40,161 nucleotides of DNA from a virus (taxonomy: Duplodnaviria > Caudoviricetes). The position numbers and the translations under genes were made by a program. The DNA is taken from positions 1 to 40,161 of the IMG/VR virus record IMGVR_UViG_3300017912_002988; one strand, given 5' to 3'. Below, piece after piece: positions 23,595 to 32,734 of the stretch (within the stretch, counting starts at the first letter, position 1; each line of letters opens with the position of its first letter). The notes under the pieces were generated by a model. That model was given only the letters and a program-made list of their open reading frames with translations, was not told where the DNA came from and did not search any database.

Positions 23595-26375
23595 ATGATT
23601 GACCACTCTTTATTAAAAACTCAGTATGCTGGTAGAGACGGATTTATCTGGTGGATTGGCAGAGTTGCCGATCCACGGGTTTGGCGTGACGAATCTACCG
23701 ATCCTGAAACAGGGTGGCCATATAGATGTAAAGTAAGAATCATTGGATATCACCCATTTGATGGAGCCACTTTAGAAGAAAAGGATTTGCCTTGGGCTCA
23801 TGTCATGTCCTCTCCAACATCGGGTTCTGGACAAGGCGGTCTTGGCGAAACTAGTTCCATGATGGGTGGAGAAACAGTTTTTGGTTTTTTCCTTGATGGT
23901 GAAGATGCACAACAACCAGTCATTTTTGGATCTCTACAAAGAAATTTGACGGGAGTCAAAAATACAATCTCCAAAGAAGCAATTGAAGCAGAAAAATCTG
24001 CTGGATTTAGTGTTTTTACTGGCAAAATTGCTGGAGAGAAGATAGGTCCAACTACTCTACCACCAATAGGAGACAAGACTGTAGGTACTCCAACAGAAAA
24101 TGCAACTCAAACCTCTGCCAACCCCCAGACTGGTTCTGTGGGGGATGTGGAGGGTGTTAGAAGGAAAGTGCAGTCTTCTAGTCAAATATTTGGAAACGCA
24201 TCTCTTGGACCTCATAGTGGATCAAATGCTTGTGAAAATGATGCTATTTCCAAAATTACTCATGCAATAGGTAGTTTCTTAAAAACTATCAACTCCTTAC
24301 AAAAATTTGGTTCTACTTATATTAATGCTGCACAAAACTTTGTTGCGGACGTAAGAAGAATTGTAAGTAGAGCATCCAGAATCATTGTTGGCGCAATGAA
24401 AATGATTCTGAATAGTGTTCGTGATAAAATCTTTAAATTCCTAAACAAAAGATTTCGTGATTTTGTTGGTCTGATTGTACCAGAACCACAGAAATCTCCT
24501 GTTGCAGCAGCTTTAAAGAGAATCATGGATATTCTCTTTTGTATTTTGGAAAAACTAGGAATCAATATTTTTGATTATGTTTTTGGATTCTTGAAAGAAT
24601 TGGTCGATAAAACTATTGGTGCATCTGTTTGTGGTGTAGAACAAGCAGTAGCAACGTTAGTTGCAAAGATGACCGATGCCATTAATGATGCAATGAAACC
24701 AATTATAGATGGTTTGGACTGGTTAACTGGTGCTATGGGTGGTGTTGGGAGTCTGCTCGGTAAGGTAAGTGGATATATTAATATGATTATGAGCTTCCTT
24801 TCTTGTGATAATTTGCAGTGTAAGGATTATGATGATTGGTCACAGGGTTGGGGTCTGTCTACAAAAGCTGCTGGAAATATCTCTAATGTTCTAGATAATG
24901 TCACAATTATTAAGACAAATGATTTGGATATTGATCTTAATGATTTAGATGCTGCTGCAGGCGATGGAAATTTATCATTCTTGAGTCTTCTGGGTGGAAA
25001 TATATCTCAGTTTGTTGATTGTAACAATCGAACTCAAAATCCCACAGATCAGGATGACCTTTCCGATACCGTTCCCGAAGGAAGTCGATTCACTAAGTGT
25101 CTACCCCCTAAAGTCAAAATTGTTGGAAGATGCGATAAGAGAGCAAAAGCAATTCCAGTCATTTCGGATGTTGATGGAAGTATTCTTTGCATTGAAATTA
25201 CTAAGAGGGGTAGAGGATACAAAAATCCTCCAAAAATTTGCATTATTGATAAGACAAGATTTGGCGGAGGTGCAATTGCTGAATCTGAAATCGATGATCG
25301 TGGTAGATTAAGTAGAATTTTCCTATTGGAACCTGGGTCTGGTTATTGTCCATCGCCATTTGGGAATCCAGAACCACCAGAACCACCAGATGATGATACT
25401 GATTTTATTCCAAATGATCCCAATGATCTTTTGAATCCAGATCCATTCTCCAATGAGTGTGAAAAAGTTGCTAAACTTAGACAAAAGAAATTTAAAGGAA
25501 AACCAAGAATTATTAGAGAACAGGGATTTCTCTGGGTAGATCAAAAAACACAAGAAGAATATTTTTGTCCAAACTTTGATCCAGTGGTGATCGATCCCGG
25601 CGAGCCTTCAACGCCTCCATCACCGCCGCCATCACCGCCGCCAGGGCCTGGTCCAGATGATGGTGAAGATGGTACAGTTGTAACTCCAGATCCTGATACT
25701 CGGGATTTGGATCCACCGTTTATTATCTTCACCAATCCAGCAGATAATAATACGGGAATTTCAACATCTACTAATATCAGAATTACATTCAGCGAACCAG
25801 TTTCTAGAGGAACTGGATCAATCAAAATTTATGAATTGACAAGCAATCAATTGCATGAAAGAATTGATGTTACTGATCCAGATATTGTCAAGTTCAATAC
25901 AATTGATACCATTGTTATTAATCCAACTATAGATCTAAAACCATCTACTGAGTATTTTATTAATATTGATAGGGGAACTTTTCTTGATGGAGCTAACAAT
26001 GTGTTCGCTGGTATTGGAAACACTACTGAGTATAATTTCTCTACAAGATCAACTGCTGACCCAACAGCACCAGCAACTGGTATTATCACAAGTTTTGTAC
26101 CAATCAAACCAGGAATTGGATATACGTCAGGTGATTCGATTGCAGTTAATGGATGTACGTTTGGTCTGAATTTAACTCCAGCGGGAAGTATTATTGGTGT
26201 TGAACTTAGAGACTGTAATCATAAATTCGATAGAATTCCAAATATCACGATAAATACCAATACTGGGACAGGAGCAGATATACGACCTGTCCTCACATAT
26301 GATCCAAATCTAACAAGAGACATTGGTTTAGAAATCAATCAATCTCTCGTTATTCACGTTATCGACTGTATTTAA
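23595..26375 (+). CDS. gp5-like baseplate hub/spike protein with Pro-rich linker and Ig-like domain
   Basis: GFIWWIG.V...RCKVRIIGYH...LPWA...GETVFGFFLDG (gp5 OB fold); PADN...I.ITFSEPV..GTG.I (Ig-like). Confidence 0.8.
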   Translation: MIDHSLLKTQYAGRDGFIWWIGRVADPRVWRDESTDPETGWPYRCKVRIIGYHPFDGATLEEKDLPWAHVMSSPTSGSGQGGLGETSSMMGGETVFGFFLDGEDAQQPVIFGSLQRNLTGVKNTISKEAIEAEKSAGFSVFTGKIAGEKIGPTTLPPIGDKTVGTPTENATQTSANPQTGSVGDVEGVRRKVQSSSQIFGNASLGPHSGSNACENDAISKITHAIGSFLKTINSLQKFGSTYINAAQNFVADVRRIVSRASRIIVGAMKMILNSVRDKIFKFLNKRFRDFVGLIVPEPQKSPVAAALKRIMDILFCILEKLGINIFDYVFGFLKELVDKTIGASVCGVEQAVATLVAKMTDAINDAMKPIIDGLDWLTGAMGGVGSLLGKVSGYINMIMSFLSCDNLQCKDYDDWSQGWGLSTKAAGNISNVLDNVTIIKTNDLDIDLNDLDAAAGDGNLSFLSLLGGNISQFVDCNNRTQNPTDQDDLSDTVPEGSRFTKCLPPKVKIVGRCDKRAKAIPVISDVDGSILCIEITKRGRGYKNPPKICIIDKTRFGGGAIAESEIDDRGRLSRIFLLEPGSGYCPSPFGNPEPPEPPDDDTDFIPNDPNDLLNPDPFSNECEKVAKLRQKKFKGKPRIIREQGFLWVDQKTQEEYFCPNFDPVVIDPGEPSTPPSPPPSPPPGPGPDDGEDGTVVTPDPDTRDLDPPFIIFTNPADNNTGISTSTNIRITFSEPVSRGTGSIKIYELTSNQLHERIDVTDPDIVKFNTIDTIVINPTIDLKPSTEYFINIDRGTFLDGANNVFAGIGNTTEYNFSTRSTADPTAPATGIITSFVPIKPGIGYTSGDSIAVNGCTFGLNLTPAGSIIGVELRDCNHKFDRIPNITINTNTGTGADIRPVLTYDPNLTRDIGLEINQSLVIHVIDCI
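25617..25643 (+). repeat. 12-bp tandem repeat encoding PSPP
   Basis: CCATCACCGCCG x2 plus CCA. Confidence 0.7.
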
Positions 26376-26941
26376 TGACACAGGAAACAACCACATTAGA
26401 ATATTATAGAAATTATCCTGGATTCAGAATTGAATCTGGGGTTTTGATTGAAGATGGTGAATTGAAAGGAAAGACAAGCGATGTTTCCATCATAACTGAT
26501 GAGGGACAGGGGTTTGCATATTACAAAGATGGCTATTATAAGAGCATCTGTAATGGAACTTCTTATGAAATCTGTGGATTTAAGAGAACTACAGAAGATG
26601 ATTATGCAAAGATTCTCACTGCAGGATCTGGACATATTTTAATTGACGCTCAAGATGGCGATATTATCTTAAAAGGTCGAAATATTCGTTTATCTGCGGA
26701 AGATGGTGATGGTGAAATTACTTTAGTATCAGCAAAACACATTTATCTTAAGGGTGCGGTAACTCATATTCGAGGAACTAATGTAAATATTCTTGGTACA
26801 AATAACTTGTCTGTAGGTGGCGCTTTCGTTGAGACTACTGGTGGAGTATCTAATGAAGGTGGAACACAGACCGATATCGTTCAAGGTGGATTTTTTGGAG
26901 GAATTTTAAAATTTCTCGATAAATTCAAGGATTTTATTTGA
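26375..26941 (+). CDS. Beta-strand-rich protein, probable gp5 C-terminal spike-like piece
   Basis: Repetitive I.L.A..G.I.L.G.NI pattern; start overlaps the gp5 stop. Confidence 0.55.
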   Translation: MTQETTTLEYYRNYPGFRIESGVLIEDGELKGKTSDVSIITDEGQGFAYYKDGYYKSICNGTSYEICGFKRTTEDDYAKILTAGSGHILIDAQDGDIILKGRNIRLSAEDGDGEITLVSAKHIYLKGAVTHIRGTNVNILGTNNLSVGGAFVETTGGVSNEGGTQTDIVQGGFFGGILKFLDKFKDFI

Positions 26942-26947
26942 GGCAAT

Positions 26948-27835
26948 ATGGCAGTTACAGGATCTATTGGAATGTTCGGTGATAAAGTAATCATCGGAGC
27001 TTTAGATGTATCCTTCTTAGATGCTACTTCTAGAGTCTTTCCTGGAACATTGGTGTGTAATGGACCAGCATATTTTGGATTAAACGGTTCTGTTGGAGCA
27101 CCTAGAGCCACTGTAATGATTGGTCCTCCAGTTGGAGTATCTGCACCCGCATCTCTAGAAGTCATTGGCATTACCAATATTTTTGGTTCTTTAAACGTAT
27201 TGGCCGTTAGTTCATTTACTGGATTATGTACCAAATTGGGGACAACTATCAAAAATGCTTTAAGTCTTAAGAATGGTGTTGATGTAAAAAATGCGTTGGA
27301 TGTTGGAAATGCAACGGGAGTTAATAACGCGACATTTACTATCGCGGGAGCATTGAATGTTGGTGGGACAATTAACTGCGCTTGGTTGACAGCAGCTATT
27401 AACGCCGCAATGGCATCTCCACCAAAAGGATTTGATATGCACCATCCAACCAAGAAAGGTTGGAGACTAACACACATTTGCATTGAAGGACCTGAAGCTG
27501 CAGTATATTATCGTGGTCAACTTCAGGGAGGTAATTATATTGATCTTCCAGACTATTGGAGAGGATTGGTTGACTCGGAAACAATCACAGTTCAGTTAAC
27601 TCCTATTGGTGTATATCAAGAGTTGTCTTATGAAATTATTGACTGGGGCACTCGGGTTAAGGTGCTAAATAATGGGGGTGGCGCAGTAAACTGTAGTTAT
27701 GTGGTCTTTGGTGAAAGAAAAGATGTTGATAAGATCGTGGTTGAGTATGAAGGAAGGATTGAGGACTATCCTGGACGAGATCAACGTTCTATCGTTGGTT
27801 ATCATTATGATTATAGACAAGGAGTGAATGGATAA
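26948..27835 (+). CDS. Structural/tail-associated protein
   Basis: Beta-rich N-terminus; C-terminal FDMHHP.K.GWRL.H.CIEGPE..VYYRG...LPDYW...ITVQLTPIG domain. Confidence 0.6.
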   Translation: MAVTGSIGMFGDKVIIGALDVSFLDATSRVFPGTLVCNGPAYFGLNGSVGAPRATVMIGPPVGVSAPASLEVIGITNIFGSLNVLAVSSFTGLCTKLGTTIKNALSLKNGVDVKNALDVGNATGVNNATFTIAGALNVGGTINCAWLTAAINAAMASPPKGFDMHHPTKKGWRLTHICIEGPEAAVYYRGQLQGGNYIDLPDYWRGLVDSETITVQLTPIGVYQELSYEIIDWGTRVKVLNNGGGAVNCSYVVFGERKDVDKIVVEYEGRIEDYPGRDQRSIVGYHYDYRQGVNG

Positions 27836-29535
27836 TGGCTACAGCAGCGGATCCCGATAAGATTGTAAGCAGACTCAGAAAACAAAGAGATCAACAGGAT
27901 TCTCAGTTGGATCAACTTGAGGAACAGTTGGCTCTTGTCGATGCAATTATTGACGAATATGACGAACTTATTACCAAAATAGATAATAAGAGTCCTGGAT
28001 TAATTGAAGAACTTAATGATGCTATCAATGTAGTTAAAGATGCATATCTTGCAAGAATTAGTGCTGGATGTAGAAGTGATCTGGCCTGGGTTGAACAAGA
28101 ACCAACCAAATTCCAAGCCTTAAGTTTTGATGATGACGACGAATATACTATCTACAAAGTAGATAAAAATCCAGAAGTATATGATTTTCTTGGGTACTAT
28201 GGTATGAAATACTTTAGATATCCGAAAAATATCGAATATGGTGCTAACGTAACAGACACGTTGCCTAACTGCAATGTAGACTTATTTTCAACTGCTGTTG
28301 TTCTTATTCCACAAAATCCCGCACCAATTGGAGGATCTGGAACGACATATTTTGAAACTACAGATGCTGAGACAAAACAACTTTCTAATGGGAAAAAAAC
28401 AGTAAAGGTTGGAGATTTTATAACTGATGACCTCAGGCAGCCAGAATATTTTCAAATTGGAGATTTGCCAAAAATTGTTGGTTTTGGAACTACCAGTTAC
28501 CCTGGGAGAAGAGTAAACCTTACTGGATTTACCACCGCTGCAGACAACAAAATCTACTTCGATGGTATTGTGGGAGGCATTGCTACAGTAGCCAGGGTTG
28601 GAGATTTTGTTTATGATCGGAGTGGAAATGGATATGTTGCTAATGGTTCATATATTCAAAGTATTGGAGTGTCAACCATATCACAAGATGTAATTAATGC
28701 ATCTGGCATCACAACGCAAATCACAATTAATATTGATTTTGTTGTTCTTAATAATGTATCTCTAGGAACTACAGAAAATCATACTTTCCAAGTTGGAATT
28801 GTTTCTACATATGATACTATTTTTATTAGCACTGGACCAGTGTCTAAAGCTGTGGAGGGCGATAGTCTTTTGGTTCTTAGACCTCCTGAAGTTGGTGATA
28901 TTGAATTTAATGCGACAGCAAGTCCTATTGATCCAGTAGAAATTGGTATTGTACAAGGCAACGATATCGGAAAAGGACACAAAATTGATCTGATTAATAA
29001 TGGAGTCGAAAATAAAAAGGACAGTTGGCATGAACAAAGATATGATCCAGATCCACCATACAGTGATGAACCAGTTCACCCAGAACCCCCTGTAGGTAAT
29101 GGACGTGCATCATATTGGATTGGAAATAGTCAATGGCCACAACTTACTGTTAATGATGGGGAAGATTCGGATACCTTTTATGCTCCAATAGGCCAAACCG
29201 CCGTTGTTGGTTCTGGGAATACCGCAGGAGCAAGTGTAAGTATTACTTATACTTCAATTAGTCCAACAAATCCGTCATTGAATGGTTGTGGATCTTTAGA
29301 CACCGCAATTACTAATGCAGAAGCTGCTCTTCAAGTAGTTATCGATAAAAATGTTCCTATCATTGAAAATTATATTGAAGGTGCAAAGGCATTGAGAAGA
29401 CTTAGGAATGAAGAGGAAACCGCAGCTTGGTCATTCCAACAGGGCATTGGATTTATTAATAACAAAAAATCAACTCTAAATGAAGAATCAAATGAGTTAG
29501 AATCATTGAATTGGAAAGATCTCCTTGCGGACTGA
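27835..29535 (+). CDS. Structural hypothetical protein (coiled-coil ends, beta-rich centre)
   Basis: 566-aa ORF with GIxT-type motifs; located in the structural module. Confidence 0.6.
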   Translation: MATAADPDKIVSRLRKQRDQQDSQLDQLEEQLALVDAIIDEYDELITKIDNKSPGLIEELNDAINVVKDAYLARISAGCRSDLAWVEQEPTKFQALSFDDDDEYTIYKVDKNPEVYDFLGYYGMKYFRYPKNIEYGANVTDTLPNCNVDLFSTAVVLIPQNPAPIGGSGTTYFETTDAETKQLSNGKKTVKVGDFITDDLRQPEYFQIGDLPKIVGFGTTSYPGRRVNLTGFTTAADNKIYFDGIVGGIATVARVGDFVYDRSGNGYVANGSYIQSIGVSTISQDVINASGITTQITINIDFVVLNNVSLGTTENHTFQVGIVSTYDTIFISTGPVSKAVEGDSLLVLRPPEVGDIEFNATASPIDPVEIGIVQGNDIGKGHKIDLINNGVENKKDSWHEQRYDPDPPYSDEPVHPEPPVGNGRASYWIGNSQWPQLTVNDGEDSDTFYAPIGQTAVVGSGNTAGASVSITYTSISPTNPSLNGCGSLDTAITNAEAALQVVIDKNVPIIENYIEGAKALRRLRNEEETAAWSFQQGIGFINNKKSTLNEESNELESLNWKDLLAD

Positions 29536-29565
29536 TTCTAAATAAAATTACCTTGTACATTCATT

Positions 29566-30219
29566 ATGATACATATTGACTGTTCTAAAGAACCTCTAGA
29601 TTTTTCAAAATATGATCTGGCACAAGATGAGATCTTTGTGATCGATAATCTATTTCCATGGTGGTTTGTTCATCACATAGACAAAACAATCCTGCATGGA
29701 TTTGGATGGCAATATGGTCTCTGTAGTGGTCATAAAAGTAAACCAGATGGTACTCCAGATTGGGATTATGATAAGGGTGCCGATTTCGACTTTGAAGTTC
29801 CTTGTTTCAAACAATCAATTTATCCACCTAGATCAGAATCTGCAAGTGACAGTGCCTACGGAATGTTGTATAATGCAGTGGTAGGTTCTATTGATTTCGA
29901 TTTAGAACTGGGAGAAATCCTAGTAAATGGACAACAATATATTCATGACACTACTATTCATCAGGATTGTAGTTGTGACAATGGATTAAGCTGGATCTAT
30001 TATGTAAATAAAAGATGGGAACCAGAATGGGGTGGTCCAACTATTATTGAACATAATGGAGAAACTGTAGAAGTTCTACCAAAACCAGGAAGAGTATGTT
30101 TCTTCAAAGGTAATATTCCACATAGAGGTGCTCCTCCCAATGGAGAATATTACCGAGGACTTAGAGCAACTCTAGTATATAAAACTATGAGAAAGGATCC
30201 CTTACCTACTAGACAATGA
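29566..30219 (+). CDS. 2OG-Fe(II) oxygenase
   Basis: IHQD...IYYVN..W..EWGGPT...PKPGRV.FF.G.IPH....R; CTAAATA at 29538-29544. Confidence 0.8.
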   Translation: MIHIDCSKEPLDFSKYDLAQDEIFVIDNLFPWWFVHHIDKTILHGFGWQYGLCSGHKSKPDGTPDWDYDKGADFDFEVPCFKQSIYPPRSESASDSAYGMLYNAVVGSIDFDLELGEILVNGQQYIHDTTIHQDCSCDNGLSWIYYVNKRWEPEWGGPTIIEHNGETVEVLPKPGRVCFFKGNIPHRGAPPNGEYYRGLRATLVYKTMRKDPLPTRQ

Positions 30220-30746
30220 AAAAAGAAATCTTTGCTATTCCAATCTTTGAAGACACTATTGATTTAGAACTATTCAAAGTTCCTCCATGTAAAGATGGAG
30301 AAGTTAAAGAAACTTGGGATTCAAAAACTCCAACGTCGTTTGATTCCAAACTAGATATTAGTGAAGATGCTATGCAGCATCTAGTCAATGTTATTGAGAG
30401 AAATCTTGGTCCTGAGGGTTTAATTGCTATGAATCCTCGCATTGAACATATCTGGAGGAATGTATATAAGGAGAGTGATTATCAGGATCCACATATTCAT
30501 CCAGTATGTCAATGGAGTTTTATCATTTATGAAACTGTCAGATCCAAAACATCATTCTTAAATCCCTCATTGGCTGTCATTCAAGAAAAGTATGGTATGA
30601 ATTGCCGTGCTTTTCCACCAGACTACAAACCAGATCTGGGACCAGGAAGTATTATTATTTTCCCGTCAATGTTGCTTCATTTCGTAAATAGTGGTAATAT
30701 TGGCAGTACAATCTCAGGAAACATCTACATGGATTATGGAGGATAA
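30216..30746 (+). CDS. Putative 2OG-Fe(II) oxygenase
   Basis: WRNVY...QDPHIH...WSFIIY...GSIIIFPSMLLHFV....TISGN. Confidence 0.75.
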   Translation: MKKEIFAIPIFEDTIDLELFKVPPCKDGEVKETWDSKTPTSFDSKLDISEDAMQHLVNVIERNLGPEGLIAMNPRIEHIWRNVYKESDYQDPHIHPVCQWSFIIYETVRSKTSFLNPSLAVIQEKYGMNCRAFPPDYKPDLGPGSIIIFPSMLLHFVNSGNIGSTISGNIYMDYGG

Positions 30747-30747
30747 C

Positions 30748-30963
30748 ATGGAAGAAGAAAAGGTAATTAGAAGTGAACCTAATGCCAAGTATGGCAATGA
30801 ACTCCTACTAGACAATATTGATTATATTGGTCAAGCAGTGGGTGATATCATTACTAGACTCAAGAGACTGGAACAACGGATGGATGCCGTTGAAGTTGAT
30901 GCAAGATCAGCTAACTTCCAAATCAACAGAGTTTTAGATTACACTATTGGAGATGGAAAATGA
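30748..30963 (+). CDS. Hypothetical coiled-coil protein
   Basis: GGAGG RBS before ATG 30748. Confidence 0.6.
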   Translation: MEEEKVIRSEPNAKYGNELLLDNIDYIGQAVGDIITRLKRLEQRMDAVEVDARSANFQINRVLDYTIGDGK

Positions 30964-31100
30964 CTACAAAAACTTTCAAAAAAATTGACAAAAAAGGTCA
31001 TGAAGAAATTTGGGAGTGGGAAGAAACTCCCGAACTTCGAGCATTTATCAAGAAGCAGTCAATCACAAAACTGTCCGATCCTCCTAGAAGACCCCAATAA
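30960..31100 (+). CDS. Hypothetical protein (46 aa)
   Basis: MTTKTFKKIDKKGHEEIWEWEETPELRAFIKKQSITKLSDPPRRPQ; ATGA overlap. Confidence 0.55.
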   Translation: MTTKTFKKIDKKGHEEIWEWEETPELRAFIKKQSITKLSDPPRRPQ

Positions 31101-31102
31101 TA

Positions 31103-31111
31103 TGGTATAAT
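31103..31111 (+). promoter_or_regulatory. Extended -10 promoter for the tRNA/tmRNA cluster
   Basis: TGGTATAAT ending 8 nt before the first tRNA. Confidence 0.6.
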
Positions 31112-31119
31112 AACATAGT

Positions 31120-31192
31120 GCTTCCTTAGCAATCTGGTGAATGCTCCGAACTCATAATTCGGTTAAGGAGAGTTCGATCCCCTCAGGAAGCA
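31120..31192 (+). tRNA. tRNA with CAT anticodon (elongator Met or Ile2)
   Basis: GCTTCCT/AGGAAGC acceptor stem, CCGAA-CTCATAA-TTCGG anticodon arm, TTCGATC T loop. Confidence 0.85.
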
Positions 31193-31197
31193 CTTAT

Positions 31198-31283
31198 GCG
31201 AGTATGGCGGAATCGGTAGACGCACCAGACTTAAAATCTGTTGACTATATAAGGTCGTGGGAGTTCAAGTCTCCCTACTCGCA
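31198..31283 (+). tRNA. tRNA-Leu(TAA)
   Basis: GCGAGTA/TACTCGC acceptor stem, CAGA-CTTAAAA-TCTG arm, long variable arm. Confidence 0.92.
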
Positions 31284-31287
31284 CCTT

Positions 31288-31359
31288 GCCCTTGTAGCTC
31301 AGTGGTAGAGCAGCGCTTTTGTAAAGCGAAGGTCATCGGTTCAAATCCGTTCGAGGGCT
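31288..31359 (+). tRNA. tRNA-Thr(TGT)
   Basis: GCCCTTG/CGAGGGC acceptor stem, CGCT-TTTGTAA-AGCG arm, GGTTCAAATCC. Confidence 0.92.
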
Positions 31360-31360
31360 T

Positions 31361-31640
31361 TCACTCTTTTGAGTGAATAGGTTGCACCATCGACATTTCG
31401 GACAGGAGTTCGATTCTCCTCGCTTCCACTCATGGGGGCGCAATGGTTTCGACGGGGTATACGGAGTGTGACTGAAACCTGCTTGGATAAGCAACCAATA
31501 GATGCAAAAACATCTGATGTCGCTGCGAACAATATCGTAGCATTCTCCCGCACTCGCGAACTCGCGACTGCCTGAATGGGAGATCGGGGTTAGACTAGCC
31601 TTGTTACCCAAGTAGTCCGTGGGGGTGTAATGCCCCCTTA
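31361..31640 (+). ncRNA. ssrA: Circularly permuted (two-piece) tmRNA, tag ANNIVAFSRTRELATA*
   Basis: T arm AGGAG-TTCGATT-CTCCT plus acceptor 3' strand CGCTTCC-A (31404-31428) precede the 5' strand GGGGGCG-CAATGGTTTCGAC (from 31434); G3:U70 pair; tag frame 31525-31575; outer boundaries approximate. Confidence 0.9.
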
Positions 31641-31652
31641 TTCAGGAGTATT

Positions 31653-31850
31653 ATGAAGATTAATCTATGGTATTCTAAGAGTATGTTGCAATGGCGATGG
31701 ACTCTTTGCGAAGAATTTAAAAACGGTGTTACATACAGAGAACAACACTCTGGTCAACAACCGATGCTTCGTGATGCCATGGATGATGTTGCGAACACTG
31801 TTGAGTATATTCTTGAAGCTAAAGAAAAGAGGGAAAACAAGGGGAATTAG
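31653..31850 (+). CDS. Hypothetical protein (65 aa); stop codon lies inside tRNA-Ala
   Basis: AGGAG RBS; ORF track. Confidence 0.7.
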   Translation: MKINLWYSKSMLQWRWTLCEEFKNGVTYREQHSGQQPMLRDAMDDVANTVEYILEAKEKRENKGN

Positions 31851-31913
31851 CTCAATTGGTAGAGCACCTGCTTTGCAAGCAGGGGGTTAGGGGTTCGAGT
31901 CCCCTATTCTCCA
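31841..31913 (+). tRNA. tRNA-Ala(TGC)
   Basis: GGGGAAT/ATTCTCC with G3:U70, CCTGC-TTTGCAA-GCAGG arm, GGTTCGAGTCC. Confidence 0.95.
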
Positions 31914-31926
31914 TATATAATAGGAA

Positions 31927-32667
31927 TTGGATGACAATATGTTTGAACTAAGTGATGCGATGGAGGTCGCTCAAATTGATAACATCGGACCAAATGCTGT
32001 TACTTGTGTTGTTGTCGATAACCTTTATGCAAATCCAGATGAAGTTAGAAGATTTGCACTAGAACATAGGGGCGAAGCGGGTAAGATTAATGAACACTGT
32101 GACTTTGGTGATAGATTAGCAATTAAACATAAGGATATCCGCAACATAAAAGAAGTTGTTGATGATTTTGTTAGGAACCGTGCTATCTGGAATAACTGGT
32201 ATGACGAGTTATCATATGAAACTAACTGGCATGATGCCGAGTTTCTAGTAAATTTCACTAGTCACCAAACTTTGGTTAATAATCCATTTGGATTAATTCC
32301 ACATCAAGACACATATCTAAGATTTCAACTCCCAAGTAGATTTGGAGTTGTAATCTATTTAAATACTCCTGAGGAGTGTGAGGGAGGCACAAACTTTTAT
32401 AGTTACCTTGGTAAACAAGGACTCGAAAGATCTTTATTGTATGAGAAACAATTTAAAGATATTACGAGTGCCGATAATAAATGTACTGAGACATATGAAG
32501 AGTTATTCAATACAATTCAAATGTCCTCTGCACTGAAAATTGAAGCAGAGATTGGAATGAGATATAATAGAATGCTCATTTACCCTGTAGATATTCTTCA
32601 CGCACCAAGTATGGCTCCTGGATGGTTTAAAAATCATGAAAGAATTGCACAAGTAATGTTCTTATGA
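31927..32667 (+). CDS. 2OG-Fe(II) oxygenase-like protein (DUF6445-like)
   Basis: VVVDNLY.NPD.VR, PHQD...VIYLN..EEC.GGT.FY, YNRMLIY....LH, R..Q. Confidence 0.7.
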   Translation: MDDNMFELSDAMEVAQIDNIGPNAVTCVVVDNLYANPDEVRRFALEHRGEAGKINEHCDFGDRLAIKHKDIRNIKEVVDDFVRNRAIWNNWYDELSYETNWHDAEFLVNFTSHQTLVNNPFGLIPHQDTYLRFQLPSRFGVVIYLNTPEECEGGTNFYSYLGKQGLERSLLYEKQFKDITSADNKCTETYEELFNTIQMSSALKIEAEIGMRYNRMLIYPVDILHAPSMAPGWFKNHERIAQVMFL

Positions 32668-32673
32668 TATAAT
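32645..32673 (+). promoter_or_regulatory. sigma70-type promoter
   Basis: TTGCAC, 17 bp spacer, TATAAT with extended -10 TG. Confidence 0.65.
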
Positions 32674-32695
32674 TAGTATGTGTGAAGGAAGTGCG

Positions 32696-32728
32696 ACCTC
32701 TCTGACCTTAGGGTTGGAGGGGTTTTTT
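32696..32728 (+). terminator. Rho-independent terminator
   Basis: ACCTCTCTGACC-TTAG-GGTTGGAGGGGT followed by a T run. Confidence 0.8.
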
Positions 32729-32734
32729 CATTGT

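Noticed and set aside
26881-27483. 200-aa minus-strand ORF
   Set aside because: Antisense shadow of a structural gene
31333-31611. Two minus-strand ORFs (92 and 70 aa)
   Set aside because: Antisense to tRNA-Thr and the tmRNA, which explain the sequence
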